Shown here: positions 37,436-51,045 of the stretch, piece by piece | How positions within the stretch are numbered: the first letter of the stretch is position 1 | Layout: the number at the start of each line of letters is the position of its first letter | Assembly (NCBI GenBank): GCA_051294375.1 | Contig: CM119266.1 | Location: forward strand, 10,069,677-10,133,676 | Direction of reading: 5' to 3' | Length of the DNA: 64,000 bases | From: Paraspadella gotoi | Taxonomy: Eukaryota; Animalia; Chaetognatha | The notes under the pieces: model-generated | The model's database searches: none | The model's input: only the letters and a program-made list of their open reading frames with translations | What the model was told of the DNA's origin: nothing | Position numbers and translations under genes: made by a program

Positions 37436-38891
37436 ACTCATTCGTTCGTTCGTTCGTTCGTTCGTTCGTTCGTTCATTCGTTCATTCGCTCATTCGCTCG
37501 TTCCTTCGTTCCATTGTTCGTTCCTTCGTTCGTTTGATTGTTTCTTCCTTCCTTCATTCCTTCGTTCCTTCGTTAATTTGTTAGTTCGTTCGCTAGTTGG
37601 TTTGTTCATTCATTTGTTCATTCGCTCATTCGCTCGTTCTTTCGTTCCATTGTTCGTTCCTTCGTTCGTTTGATTGTTTCTTCGTTCCTTCATTCCTTTG
37701 TTCCTTCATTCATTCGTTCATTCGTTCATTCTTTCNNNNNNNNNNNNNNNNNNNNNNNNNNNNNNNNNNNNNNNNNNNNNNNNNNNNNNNNNNNNNNNNN
37801 NNNNNNNNNNNNNNNNNNNNNNNNNNNNNNNNNNNNNNNNNNNNNNNNNNNNNNNNNNNNNNNNNNNNNNNNNNNNNNNNNNNNNNNNNNNNNNNNNNNN
37901 NNNNNNNNNNNNNNNNNNNNNNNNNNNNNNNNNNNNNNNNNNNNNNNNNNNNNNNNNNNNNNNNNNNNNNNNNNNNNNNNNNNNNNNNNNNNNNNNNNNN
38001 NNNNNNNNNNNNNNNNNNNNNNNNNNNNNNNNNNNNNNNNNNTTCTTCCGTCCGTTTACACCCGCCTATTTTAATTTCAATTTCGACAACCAATTTAAAT
38101 ACTTTCAACTTTTAACTTTCTACTCTCGACAGGTTCTCTCCTTTTAACTTTCCATTTTATTTTTCTCCTTTTTTTCTTGTCTGAGTCTCTCCATGCAAAT
38201 CGTGTTTACAATTCTGTCTCGCTCTCGCTCTTTCTCTCCCTTTTCTTTCCCTTTTTTTGTTTGTTGCGTCGTTGCGCATTTATTCCTTCCTCTCAATTCC
38301 TCGTTTCCCTTTCCGTTTTTTGGCTTCTTTCCGAGACCCAGTGTCCCAATTTCTGTTCGTTTATCGCTGAATTTCATTATAACCTTGAATATTATAACCT
38401 AATTATATTTCTTGAGCTTAAAATAAAACTAATCCCTAATCCCAAACTCCCTAACCCTTGATCACAAACCAGTCCCTACACTAAATCCATAATCCCTAAC
38501 CATTAACGAATTTAAAGATAAAATTGGGCCGTGTTGTCTTGGGAATCAATAAGGCCCACAGTTCCCTCTAAATCCTCTTCTCAAGCAATCTCCCATCTCC
38601 ATTACTATACTATATAGATATACATATTATCGCTTTTTATTTTTCCGCTGATTTCACTTTTCTTTCTCTTCGAATATTCTTCATCTGCCCCTACTTTTTC
38701 CTCTTCCTTTCTCCTCTCTTACTTACCCTCTCTTTCTCGCCCCTCCCCCCCTTTTCCTTCGCTCCAAACCTTTATTCTTCTAAGTCTTTTCTCTCTCTCT
38801 TCCTCTTCCTCCTCCTGCCTTTGCGTTCTTCTTCCTCTCCTCCCTTCCGTCCTCCTTTCCTTTTCTATTCTCCTTGGATCGACTCCAACTT

Positions 38892-38958
<67 letters not shown>

Positions 38959-41837
38959 TCCCACCTTCTCTCTCGGCTCTCTCTTCTTCTCTCTTCGTTC
39001 TCTACTTGGCCAAACATACGGAATAAGAAAATGTTTTGCGCATTATGTTTTTCCCTTTTTTTGCCATTTTTGCCCTTTTTTTGCCACCGAGCGCCGTTTC
39101 ATTTTTTTCAGGGGGCGAGAGACGGCGGAGAAATGGAGTCGGAAAATGAGAAAAGAAAATGAGAGGAAAGTGAAAAAGAAAAATAGGACAAAGGACAAAG
39201 TTGTCAAAAAGGAAGTTTGGACAAGTTCTGCCTTGGGTCTTTTTTAGTCCAGAAAAAAAAGGAAAACTATGACCTTCTAAGGACAAGAAGACAGAGGGGC
39301 TCAAAAGCTAATAGGAACGGACATGGTGCAATTAGACCTCAAGAAGAAATTAAATCATCTTAGTTTTAAAGAAACGCAAAAAGACCTAGAAAGAAAATAT
39401 AAACAAAAATGTAGTTAAAACAGTAAGACTTTGAATCTATTAAGATAAAGTAGTCAAACAAGTAATTTTCCAATTTGTGGATAGAGTATTCAGAGTTTAT
39501 TCCCGGGCATTAAAAAAAAGTTTACGAAAAACTCGCTCATTAAGAATTATGTTATCTTTGACTCGGTTATTCTTTAATTTAGATTAGTATCCTGTCCAAA
39601 GTCAGGATTTCGGTTAAGCCAATTTTATTAGTAGAATAATAACTGAGAGGTTCCTTTCGAAAAAATACAGAACATGATTAAATGAAAACGGAGAAAACCT
39701 ATGTCCAAACAAAACCAAAAACCGTGGATTCAGCGAAAGCCAGTTTTCACTGTACATAAAAAACGAAACGAAAACGAATCGAACGAAAAAAAAGAGAGAA
39801 AAATCTTCGCTCGAATCTTTGTTGTTGTTGTTGTCGTTGTTGTTGTNNNNNNNNNNNNNNNNNNNNNNNNNNNNNNNNNNNNNNNNNNNNNNNNNNNNNN
39901 NNNNNNNNNNNNNNNNNNNNNNNNNNNNNNNNNNNNNNNNNNNNNNNNNNNNNNNNNNNNNNNNNNNNNNNNNNNNNNNNNNNNNNNNNNNNNNNNNNNN
40001 NNNNNNNNNNNNNNNNNNNNNNNNNNNNNNNNNNNNNNNNNNNNNNNNNNNNNNNNNNNNNNNNNNNNNNNNNNNNNNNNNNNGTCGTCGTCGTCGTCGT
40101 CGTCGACGTTGTTTAAATTTTTCCATTTCCGGTCTCTTCTTCCGCCCCGAAATTCCGGCGGCCGGCTTCCTATTGTTGTTTGTTTGTTTCGTTCGGTTGT
40201 TTAGATTTATTTTCTCGCATCAACAATAGGATTGAAGTTTCACTTTCTTCTCTTCTTGTTCTTCTTCCATTTTCCCTTCTCATTCGGTTTTCGCCTTTTT
40301 CAAAAGAATCTAAGATTATTTTGTTGCGCCGGTGAAACTTGGGGGAAACAGGCTTTTCACAGGCCCTCCGCTTTTCTTTCACATCTCTTTCAGTCCTCCT
40401 TTTCAGGCATCAAACGGTTCTCCTTAATGATCTTTTTTTTTCTTTATGTACCGTTGCCTATCCATAAATTTAATACAACCATTTTAAAATTATCCATTCT
40501 CAATGAATAAGCCATCAACCCAATAGCGTATTTCGATCTCGATTTGGAATCGGCCTCTTATGAAGCCAAGAAACCAAAATAAACCCTACTCGCTCACCCT
40601 CAGCGATTCAGGCTTCCTGGCCACCCCCACCTCTAACCCAAACTAAACTTAACTTGAACCCNNNNNNNNNNNNNNNNNNNNNNNNNNNNNNNNNNNNNNN
40701 NNNNNNNNNNNNNNNNNNNNNNNNNNNNNNNNNNNNNNNNNNNNNNNNNNNNNNNNNNNNNNNNNNNNNNNNNNNNNNNNNNNTTTTTCATTTTTCGTTA
40801 CTTTTTTTTTCCTTTCGAGAAAAATATTTATTTTTTTCTTCTCTGTTTCTCTTTTTCCTCCATTTCTGCCTTTTTTTGGCATCGAATTTATATATTAAAC
40901 CAGTTTTTTTTTTATTTAGAAATAATATTTAAAAAAAAGTTTCTTACTTGTTTTCACGAGCGAAGACGAAAATTGCCAGGGTCGAACCTCAGCCAAAAGA
41001 GGGCGGGTCCTCTCCGCTACGGAAGCCAAATCCGAAGATATACATACATATATACGTACTACGTATATAAATATATATATAAAACGTCGTCGTCGGCAAA
41101 TTTTGTCGGTATATCGGCGTCGGTATCATCATTGTCATCACTCATCAGCATTGATTTTTTTTTTCTGACCCTACTTTGTCCGCCTGTCCTTTTCCTCCTT
41201 CCTTTTTTTTCTCTTCTTCTTTTCTCTTCTTCCCGCGTCTTTTTCTTTTATCTTCTTCTCCTTCTTCTTCTCATCCTCTCCTTCTTCCATCTTCTTCTCC
41301 GCCCGACAAATCCCCTCGACCACCCGCGGAGAAAATCCTTTCTCCCCAATTAGCCTTCGTTTCCTTTATTTTCCTTTTTTTGTCCACAATCGATTCCTCC
41401 ACAATTTTCTTTCCTTCATGACTCTTATATCATGTCTTCGAGATCCTGGTTTGCATCTCGCATCGGATCATTTTCCTAAGCCGACCTAAAGTGCATTCTC
41501 TTGTCCACAACCACTAACCACAACGTTATGTGTCCCTCCACAAAATCTCCTTTCTCCACAACTTCCTTTCCACAATTTAATGTCTTCCCCACAATATCAA
41601 CTTACCATCTGCCATCTCATTTCCAAAAAATCCGCTGCCCTTATTCTCCATCTTTTTCCCACAACCTACTGCATTCCCCATGATATCCACAACCTCCCTA
41701 TTCCCCTCTCTTTCACCACAACCCGCTTTCCACAACCTAATGTCTTCCAAAAGGTTGGAGAAGTGTTAAGCCTGACTGACAGATATTCAACGTGGATCCC
41801 TGGCGTCCATAATTCTCGCATGATGCCCGGCCATTCC
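37436..41837 (-). repeat. Large inverted repeat, right arm
   Basis: Reverse complement of 29019-33170; contains three N gaps. Confidence 0.92.
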
Positions 41838-42155
41838 TTATTTTTTCTCCTCCTCGCCTTTTCCTGCCTTTCTTCTCTATCGTTTTTACTTGTCTCTCTC
41901 TCTCATCTCTTTCTCTCTTCTCTCTCCCCTCTCTCTCTCTCTCTCATTCTCTCTCTCTCTCTCATCTCTCTCTTCTCGTCATTCAATTCCCGGGGAAAAA
42001 AAGTGTGTTTATTTTATGAGGAATAATTGGAATATTATTGGTCGTCGATATAACGTGATTCCGTCACGCGTCGACGTCAAAAGGCGGCAGCACCTGACGG
42101 AATTATACCGACGGAAAATAAAAGCGCATCGACGCCGCGGTCGTCGAACACGAGG

Positions 42156-42199
<44 letters not shown>

Positions 42200-42352
42200 A
42201 AAAATTGAAAACGAAAAAGCTTCCAATTATGGCGATACAGTAGCGACGACGACGACAACGACAACGACGAGGGTATAAACTAAAGCCTTTGCAAGCCGAT
42301 GCAGCCGACGCCACCTGAGGCATTGGACGACGCAATTTCTGGCACCTGACGC

Positions 42353-42395
<43 letters not shown>

Positions 42396-44562
42396 AGGGA
42401 CAACAACGGGCAAAGAAGGAGGAAGCACTTGATTGCGAGAAGGTCGAGTGTGGACTGGGTGGCGGAGGTAAAGTAGAAACAGTTGGTAAGAAAGAGAAAT
42501 AAATATATTAAGAAAGATAGAAGGAGAAACGCCGTCGGCAGAACGCAAAAAGAAAATCTTTACAAAGAAAAGAAAAAAAAAGAGAAAAAGGAGTAAATAA
42601 AAGGTAAATAAAAGGATGTGACGTCTGCTCGGCGAAAAAAAGGAAAAAATAAACAGCGAGACAAGCCAATGAGATCAGACCTCGAGGATACTTCTCGTTA
42701 AGACTGAGANNNNNNNNNNNNNNNNNNNNNNNNNNNNNNNNNNNNNNNNNNNNNNNNNNNNNNNNNNNNNNNNNNNNNNNNNNNNNNNNNNNNNNNNNNN
42801 NNNNNNNNNNNNNNNNNNNNNNNNNNNNNNNNNNNNNNNNNNNNNNNNNNNNNNNNNNNNNNNNNNNNNGAGAGAGAGAGAGAGAGAGAGATGATAATTC
42901 TTCTTGGAATAATAGCTTCTGCGACTAATGCGTATAGAATTGGATATATGACTCGAATGTGAAATGAGAGACTTCGCTTTTTTCTCATTACGAAGCTGAA
43001 CGATCGTGGCGGAGTTTACTCTTCTGGCCGTTTCCTGCGTCCGTCTGGCAACTAGGAGAGTGCAAAAAACTGACAAGTTACACAGCCCTTGTAAGGGGCC
43101 AAGGCTTTTGAAAGTCCCCCCCAACAAAAAAATTAAACCGCATGCATAATGATAACAAACTTGGGTAAACGGACCTGAACAAGAGAAGCACGGTTCGCGC
43201 CGAACAAAAAAAATGGCCGACAAAATTAATACGGATAGCAACCCACGGGTCGAAATACTCGGGTTAAGGCCAAAAGAAAGACCAAAGAAGAGAAAAGCAT
43301 GTGTTAAAAAAGAAGTCGGGACCAAAGGTAAAGCGTGAGGCAAGGAGAGACGAGAGAGGGAGATGGCAGTAGAGAGCAGGGAGAGATGAGAGGAGATGAG
43401 ACGACGCAGAGCGAGAGAGAGAGGAGAGCACCAGAGAGACGCGATGAGAGGAGAGAGAGAAAGGAGGAGAATCCCGGGCCGCTGATCGGATGGTTTAACT
43501 GCGCCATTTGGGAAATTCTTGCATACGACAAAGGCCTCACCCCCGCGCTTTCCGAGTGGGTTCCGCGTTCGGGATAAGGTTACGGGCGCTAAGCGAGATT
43601 CTTCTCTGGCGAAACGTGCCGAACGAATACGCATTTCTGGGAAAGGCCGCCGAGCCGGGCCGGTGCCTGCCGTCCGCCGGCTCGCGGCGGAAAGATAGAG
43701 CGAGGGGCGGCGGAAAAGAGATATGAGCGAGGCGGGAGGGGGTGGAGCCGAGAGGGGAGACAGCATCTGCGGATTATCTTGCTCCCTCCCCACTTTTCTT
43801 CTTGAATTTTTGCGTTCGATATTTTTTTTAAACTTTAGAGTTCCGTTTTTAATTTTAATTCGTTGTTGTCACAAATGAGCAACGGAGACAGATACTTGCG
43901 TACTGTTTGAGGACTGTTTACTGTGTGCTAAATCTCTTTCAATGTCAAGTAATTGTAAGCAGACTAATAGTAAAAAGGAAAGGAATCAAAGAAAATATGG
44001 AACGGTAAAGAAATCTCTTTAACGAGAAAGCAAATAAGAAAAGACAAGACCAAAAAAAAAGAATAGAAAAGTATTTTGGCTCTTCTGAGGTCGAAGAGCC
44101 GGCCATTCGCGACTCGTAAGGAATTGACGACTAATGAAAGGGAAAGCATGCTGGCGATAGAGAGAAAGAGAGATGAGAGAAGAGAGAGAGAGAGCAGAAG
44201 ATTTGAGAGAGAGAAGGAAGAGGAGGAGAGAGAGAGAGAGAGAAGAAAGACCAGAACGAGCTGACCCTCTCACCGTCTGACTTTGGAATCCTGCTATTCA
44301 CGTGGAAACTTGAATCTGAGGTGAATGCGTTTCTGCAGAAGGAAACTCGTTTTCACTTTTCGGTTGTTGAAAACAAGAGGGGGTAGGGGGGAGGCTGGGA
44401 CGGGGCAGGGGGGAGAGGGCGGTTAAGAGATTAAAGCAGAAGGTAGGGAAGGAGGAAAGCTGAAAGGGTCGGTTGTATCAGGTAAGGCAATTACGTAGTA
44501 AAACTCTGAGATAAACGAGGAAAGCTAAAGTTTTCTTTGTTATCTTCTCGCCTAAAGTATCA

Positions 44563-44635
44563 GCCGAAATAGCTCAGTTGGGAGAGCGTTAGACTGAAGA
44601 TCTAAAGGTCCCTGGATCAATCCCGGGTTTCGGCA
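44563..44635 (+). tRNA. tRNA-Phe-GAA: tRNA-Phe, anticodon GAA, intronless
   Basis: GCCGAAATAGCTCAGTTGGGAGAGCGTTAGACTGAAGATCTAAAGGTCCCTGGATCAATCCCGGGTTTCGGCA, 73 nt. Acceptor stem GCCGAAA/TTTCGGC, anticodon stem TTAGA/TCTAA, T stem CCTGG/CCGGG. Confidence 0.96.
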
Positions 44636-44641
44636 GCTGAA

Positions 44642-44651
44642 TTTTTCTTTT
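44642..44651 (+). terminator. RNA polymerase III oligo-T terminator of tRNA-Phe
   Basis: TTTTTCTTTT starts 6 nt after the discriminator base. Confidence 0.75.
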
Positions 44652-45369
44652 ACTTTGATATAGAAAAAAGAAAGTTTGGACGAATATGAAAAAGTAATAA
44701 CTATCTGTCTATCATTATTAGTAAGAAGTACTAAACAATGTTTAGTAAACATCCTAAGTTAATAAAATAGCTCTACCGAACAGAGTTCTTTAAAAAGGCG
44801 CGAGCAGCGCAGATACTGAAAAGTCGGCGGAATCCGATTTCTGGCGAAGCAGAAGAAAGAACCCAACGTTGCGACCAAAAGAAGAAAGGGGAGCAAGGGG
44901 GCGGTGGGGGGGGGAGCCTTTGATGGACGTTTTAGGTTTGAAGACGAAGAAAGTGGAAAAGTCCATCGGAAAAGTGGAACCGAGTGATTCGGACAGTAGA
45001 GGACGGCAGCAGCGGCGGCAGCAGCGGCGCCTCTTGAGTAGCGATTCGGCGCCGCTTTCGCTCTTTACTCGAGAGATGAGAAATTTATGGTCTTTTATTC
45101 GTGGAAATCTGGACGAAAGAAATGAGAAGTTATTGGCTCATTTTCCGACTCTCTNNNNNNNNNNNNNNNNNNNNNNNNNTTCCTTCTCCTGAATTCATTC
45201 GCTATTCCTCCAATACTACAGACCACACTAAATCCCAGTCTAGTTAGCTTCAACATATAAGTCATCCTTACGCATCTCGCCTGCACATGAGCCGTATTCA
45301 CACTAACCCCCGACTTCAAGACCGATCCTCAATATATATATTCATGGCTCACAGACTGTCACTCAAAGG

Positions 45370-48142
45370 GCAAGCGTCAATACCGGAGTGAGGGTGAGAG
45401 ACAGAGAGACGAGGTGAGGGGTGGACGAGGCATGAGGAAGATAGGAAGAGAAGTGGGCGGAATTGAGGCGGAGAGAAAAGAACGGCCGTCTGGATCGCAT
45501 CGACGCACGATGAGAGAGAGAGATGAAGGATGTTGATGACGAGATGTGAGAGTAGAGAGAGATGAGATGAGAGGGGACTCATGATGAGGAGAAGAAGATT
45601 CTTAAACCGAAAATACGAGCGCTTTCTATAATGCACAAAGACGGGCTGAGAAGCAACTAAAGTAATGACAAAGGGCGAAAGGCGAGACCCGAGTGGAAAA
45701 GAAAAGCAAGAGAGAGAGAGAGGAAGAGAGAGCCGACGACACCTGGGAGATGAGAGAGGATGAGAAGAGAGAGAGAGAGTAAAGAGACGAAGAGTAAGAG
45801 ATGAGAGAGAGAAGAGATCGGGGCGATGAGAGAAGTGTACACGACAGTACGAGAAGACGTGGAGTGAACGAAAAGTGCTGATGAGAGAGGAGAGAGAGAT
45901 TTATTGGTCGTAATCTGAGAGGAGGACTTATTAACATATAAATCATACGATTAGGCATAGTACGAACATATACTAAATACTCTTCTCATTATTCAGGCTG
46001 GTATAAACTGAATTTTATTATCAAAAGATTAAAATAAATCATCGCCGCTGACAGAAAAACTTATTTTTTATCGTCCTCGTTCTGTCCCATTTCAAAGTCA
46101 GGGTTTTTTACAGAGATGAGAAGAGGATATAGAGAACAAGAGGGAGAGAAAGAGAGAGAGAGATAGAGAGAGGGACCGAGACGAGAAGAGACGAGAGAGG
46201 AGAAGAGGAGAGAGGAAGAGAGAGAGGAAGAGAGTGTAAATCTGAGCCCGCTTGTGCGTTTCGAATTATTCGCAAATCATTTCACGAGTGCTGATCTTCC
46301 ATTCCTTCGTCTCTCTTCTCTCTCTATTCCTTCCTTTCTCTTTTTGTCTCGGTGTTATTGTGAGAGTCTCTCTCTTCTCTTCTCTCTCCTCTTCTCTTTT
46401 CTCTCTCTCTCTCTTCTTCTCTCTCTCGCTTCTCTCTCTCTCTCTCTCTCGCCTCTGCCTTAGAACAGAACAGAATCTAGCATATCTACTTTTTACATCA
46501 TGTCCGAGCTCCCCTCTATTGTTTCCATCCTCGCCATCAGACCGATTTAATCTTCAGATTAACCCAGTTCGGCCCTATGTACCCGCGTCGCGTCGGACGA
46601 CGAGGCAGATTGATGGCCGATTCGTCTCGTCGATCTTCGCGGACGGGGGACCCGATTGACCCGGTCGTGTTGACCCCTCAAGGGGGTCAGTTGGGTACAG
46701 GGGAAGGTGTGTGAGGCAGAGGGGAACGTCATCCGTGAACCCCGGGCGGTTTTATTTTGAAGGGGCACAGATATTAAGGGGAGCGGAAGGGTGAGGGCCG
46801 AGGGGCGATGTGCGGGGTTTTGTGGTAGGGATAGAGATTGATCGGACATTTTCTACGGCGATTCTGTGATTATTGCGTGACCTGTCGGCAACAGTGGATC
46901 GGCAGAGAGGAAAGCGTAAGTGAAAAGGCGCGAAGTGAAAAGTGAAATAAAGAATCGCAGTAGCGAGACCAGAATGGAGGTGAAGTTTCGCTGGTGTATT
47001 GTGTTTTTTTTCAAACAACTTAAATAAAAAACAAAACTATTGAAACTATTTTTATTTATTTGCGAAGTGCTATTAACGGTAACTATAAAGCTAGAATCAA
47101 AAAAGGGGAAATGAAATTGGTAAGAAAAGAAAATAATACACCCATTATGAAGAGCCCGTCTCAATAAAACTAATCAGAACTAGTAGATAGACAGGCTTAA
47201 AGAAGCAAAAATATCCGGGCTGGCGATAATTCAAAAGTATCGTGAGAGAGCGAACCTATTCACCAGAAAACCCCTGGCTCGCGTCTAGGTAAAAGACTTT
47301 GGTGTTGTGATTAGGTGATTAAGGCCTCAAGAGGAATTTTTCTGAACTTCCCCATAATCGTCTAATCGTCGAGAATATAGGTTACGGAAGCCAGGGTAAG
47401 GCTTCGTTTCCCCTCGGAGGACCTATAACGAGACCCCCGACCCCCGGTCCTAAAAAATGACCAGTGCCAGAGTGGGGGGCGCGTTTGCGGCGGAAGTTTG
47501 GCGCGTGCCAAAATGCGTGACCTTGGAAAGGGGAAGGTCAGGTCAGTGGAAAGCTCGATGTGACCTTTGGATCGAGGTCGAAGCTCTCGCGGTGTGAAAA
47601 AGTTTTTGCGTGTTTAAGTTTTTGAGGGAAAAATGTGAAATGAATTTGTATTGGTGAATGGACTAATAACAATATAGATCACAGACAATAACCCATGCCG
47701 AAGCGGGATAGGCCGACTTATTTCAACATGCTTCAAAGAAAAACCCAATACTGTATATATTTAAACAAGGACCAATTATATTTACTTAATTTCCTATTAT
47801 TTAAAAGTCTGTAGTTCTTAAAATTGTGGTGCGAGGTAATCGAAAATTTAGATCTCGCGCCAATTGCGATCGCCATAAAAAACTTTAACCAGATTATCCG
47901 CGCAAAGGGAATTGGAGAGACAGGAAAGTGGTCAAAATAGATTATGCGACTTTGGTTTCAAGGGGCCAAAGGGCGAGGAAGATGCCCTCTCTTACGCTTG
48001 ATGACGTTTTGGTCAAAATGCCGTACTCGGCTTCGAAAATAGGGAGGAAGAGGAAGAAAGGGAAAGAGGAAGAGGAGGCGGAGGAAAGAAAGTGAGAGAG
48101 AGGAGAGATGAGGAGAGAGAGGAAGAGACAGAGAGAGAGATT

Positions 48143-48173
<31 letters not shown>

Positions 48174-51045
48174 ATGAGAGCAGTGGGCGGAGTTAAAAAA
48201 GACGGTGAAAGTCGGGCGAGGGCGAGGTGAGAGATGAAGGCGGTCGGCAGGCGGTCTGATGAAGCGAAAGAAGATATCAGGGTGAAGGAAAAGGTATACG
48301 TTAAGGGCGGATGAGCCGATAGGTGACTGGTATAAATAGAAGCGACTTTTCGGAGATAAGCGAACAAGGGCGGACGTTGCTGAGTCGGGAAGAGGAGAGA
48401 GGACGGAAGGCGTCTGGTCTGGAGCGGACAGCGTCCCGCGGTCTGTGAGAGCGGACGTCGCTTTAGGCGGTCTCTTCTAGCGTCGCGACCCGCTAATCTG
48501 TGTCCGAGTTGAATGCGATTTGCTGTCCATGCAAGGTGGCGGCGGAAGCGCCGGTCGGTGGCGTGGCCAGAAAAAAAAGTAAAGGAGAGGAGAGTAATGT
48601 ATAAGTAGTGAGAGAGAGAGATGAGAAGAGAGAGAGAGAGAAGGGGGGTAAGTAAAGGGAAAGAGAAACAGGTTGGAGGAGAAGGTAGCGGAATTACCAT
48701 GCGAGCAGCGGGGGAACGAATACCACTAAAAACGACTGCGAAAGAATAACGATCAATGGAGGAAAGCAAAAGGCAGAAAAGAAAAGGAGAAAGAAATGAA
48801 AAAAGAAAATGAGGAAAGAAAGGAAAATAAGAAAAGGAGAAACGAAAAAGGAGATACAGAAAGGATTTGAGGATGAGGAGGAAAGTGAAATATGATGAGG
48901 GGTATGAAAGAAAGAAAAGAGAAGCTTTAAAGATAATAATGGAGGATTGAAAGGAGTTTTAATTGAGGGGGAAACTTTTGACAGTGTAGATGAAAATTTA
49001 GAGAGGACAACATGATTAAATTTGGAATTCATTGTGTATTGCAGAGATTTGTTGAGATGTGTATATTCGAAAATATAACATTAAAATCGGTTGATGAAAT
49101 TAAATTAAGAGAAGACAGGATTTTAAGGAAATAGCTGAGACAACAAGACAAAAGCTAAACGAGACAAAGAAATGACGGTCAAGTGTCTCCGAAAAAAAAG
49201 TTTGAAATTCGCGGCACGAAGGGAACGCTCTCCTTCGAGTTGGTCGAGAGTCGCGGATCCCGCGGACTGGAGGAACTCGCGTTATTGGGGTCAAACGTCC
49301 TCAACCATCGAGTCACGTGCTGAAACAATGCGGAAAGAGACTTTTTTTTGGGGGGGGGGGAGAAAGACTTTTAAAAAAGAGGACTGGTATGTTGAAAATC
49401 TGGTTTGATCGAATTGTAAGAAATAGTAGAAGTCATGCCCTTCTTTTTTTTTATTTCCAATTAAAGTTTTTGAAATTAAATAAGGGGGTGAGAATTTTAA
49501 TATATGAAACCATTCTTTGATTCACTTCGTTGATCGACAGCTGGGTAATTCTGGGAGTGAATAACGAGACTTTGAGAGTTTGATTGAAAGCCTTGCAGGG
49601 ACCTGCCTATTGTTCATGGCAGCTTTTGTGCATTGGATGGCCAAACCACCAAAAGCCCGTCCAAAGTCAGGGCAAGATCTTTATTTATTAAATTAATAAA
49701 ATTTCTCTAAAATTTAAATGATCGCTGTGTGGAAGCCAGGGCTTTTGCGTCTGTTTCAGATTAAACATTCAAGATTACATTTAAAATATAAGATAAGCAA
49801 CAATGAAGGATCACCATTGGTGAGGGTCGCTTATACCTGGATTATTGGGATTAAGAGCCGAAATCCATGAAGGGTATAGGCTTCCAACTGATGACCTTCC
49901 ATTGTTATAAAAATTAAATGAAAAATATTCAAAAATAAACAAATTTTAAAAAGTAGAATAAAGAAGAATAAATATTAACTTAAATTGATATTGTCATGAC
50001 ATAAAGGTGCCCTTAGACCGTTTCCCGGTATGTACCCTATCAGAACATACAATTCTACATGGTAGTCTTTATCCTCTATTGGTAAAATAAATCATATATA
50101 ACTTTGGTCACCCTTCAAAAAATTATCCATTCCACTCCTTTCGTTCAGCCTCTTTAGATATTATGATTTTTCATTATTGACTTTTTCTTAACAGAAAATG
50201 ATGTGTGATATCTTATTTAGAAAACGTAGGACAGATAGTATCTTAACCTTGTTGGTTGTATTAGATGGCTCCCTCTATTTCCAGAAGAAGCAACACTGAC
50301 TTCCCCTTCCAAATTGAATTATAGATAATAAAACATTTTTAAGAAAGAGAAAGCAATATATATTTGAATAAATAATAAGATTAAATACTAATATCCCTTC
50401 ATTAAAATATAAATAGAAATAGTGAAACAAGTAATTTGCAAATTTTTTGATGGATAATCTTTTATATTATGTTGTTACCAATTTCATAATCAATTAGAAA
50501 TATCATGTTGTCTGTTCTGTGACCTGAAAAGAAATAGAATGCGATCGATGATTGCAAAAATTATTTGCCATTTTTTAAAAAATATTATCCAGCACTTTAA
50601 GGCTTGCATTCTTTGGCCCTACACTAATTCTTTTTACTAAATTATAATACATGTTGAAGTTATTTTCATGGCCGGCCCAGTCCGTCTCCAGACTTCCTAA
50701 AATAAAAATTAAGTAAAAACGAAAAGCTAAAAAACATAAAGAGTCGAAAAAAAATTCGAAAGAGCGCCACGGCTGGAATTATACTTTCCTCTTCGTCTTG
50801 ACTTCCTACGCGGCGGAGGGAAAAAATTACCGAGAGAAGACAAGACATCCATACCTCATAAAAATCAGCCGGACGCGATTGCCCCCGGCGGGCACAAGCT
50901 CTTCTCTGCGCCGTTATACTATATAGCTTCGAAAAAACGGAGCCTCTCGCCTTTCACCGTGCCACTGCCCAGCCGCTACGCCCCGCAAAGCTCGGTCGAA
51001 CAAAGGAGGCACAAAAAATAAAAAAAAAAAAAAATTCCCGCCTCT
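45370..51045 (+). repeat. Large direct repeat, copy 1 (~5.7 kb)
   Basis: Collinear with 57980-64000 (e.g. GATCGCATCGACGCACGA at 45493 vs 58080; GCTCGGTCGAACAAAGGAGGCACAAAAA at 50990 vs 63949). Confidence 0.92.

Noticed and set aside
42675-43793. 372-aa minus-strand ORF
   Set aside because: Built from GC-rich sequence, garbled (CT)n and an N gap; no recognisable motif.
47073-47090. CGGTAACTATAA resembling large-subunit rRNA / I-CeuI-site sequence (also at 59523)
   Set aside because: Only about 12 nt match and the flanks do not resemble rRNA.
49500-50700. Possible coding sequence inside the direct repeat
   Set aside because: Only short frames on either strand, with no motif I can recognise.
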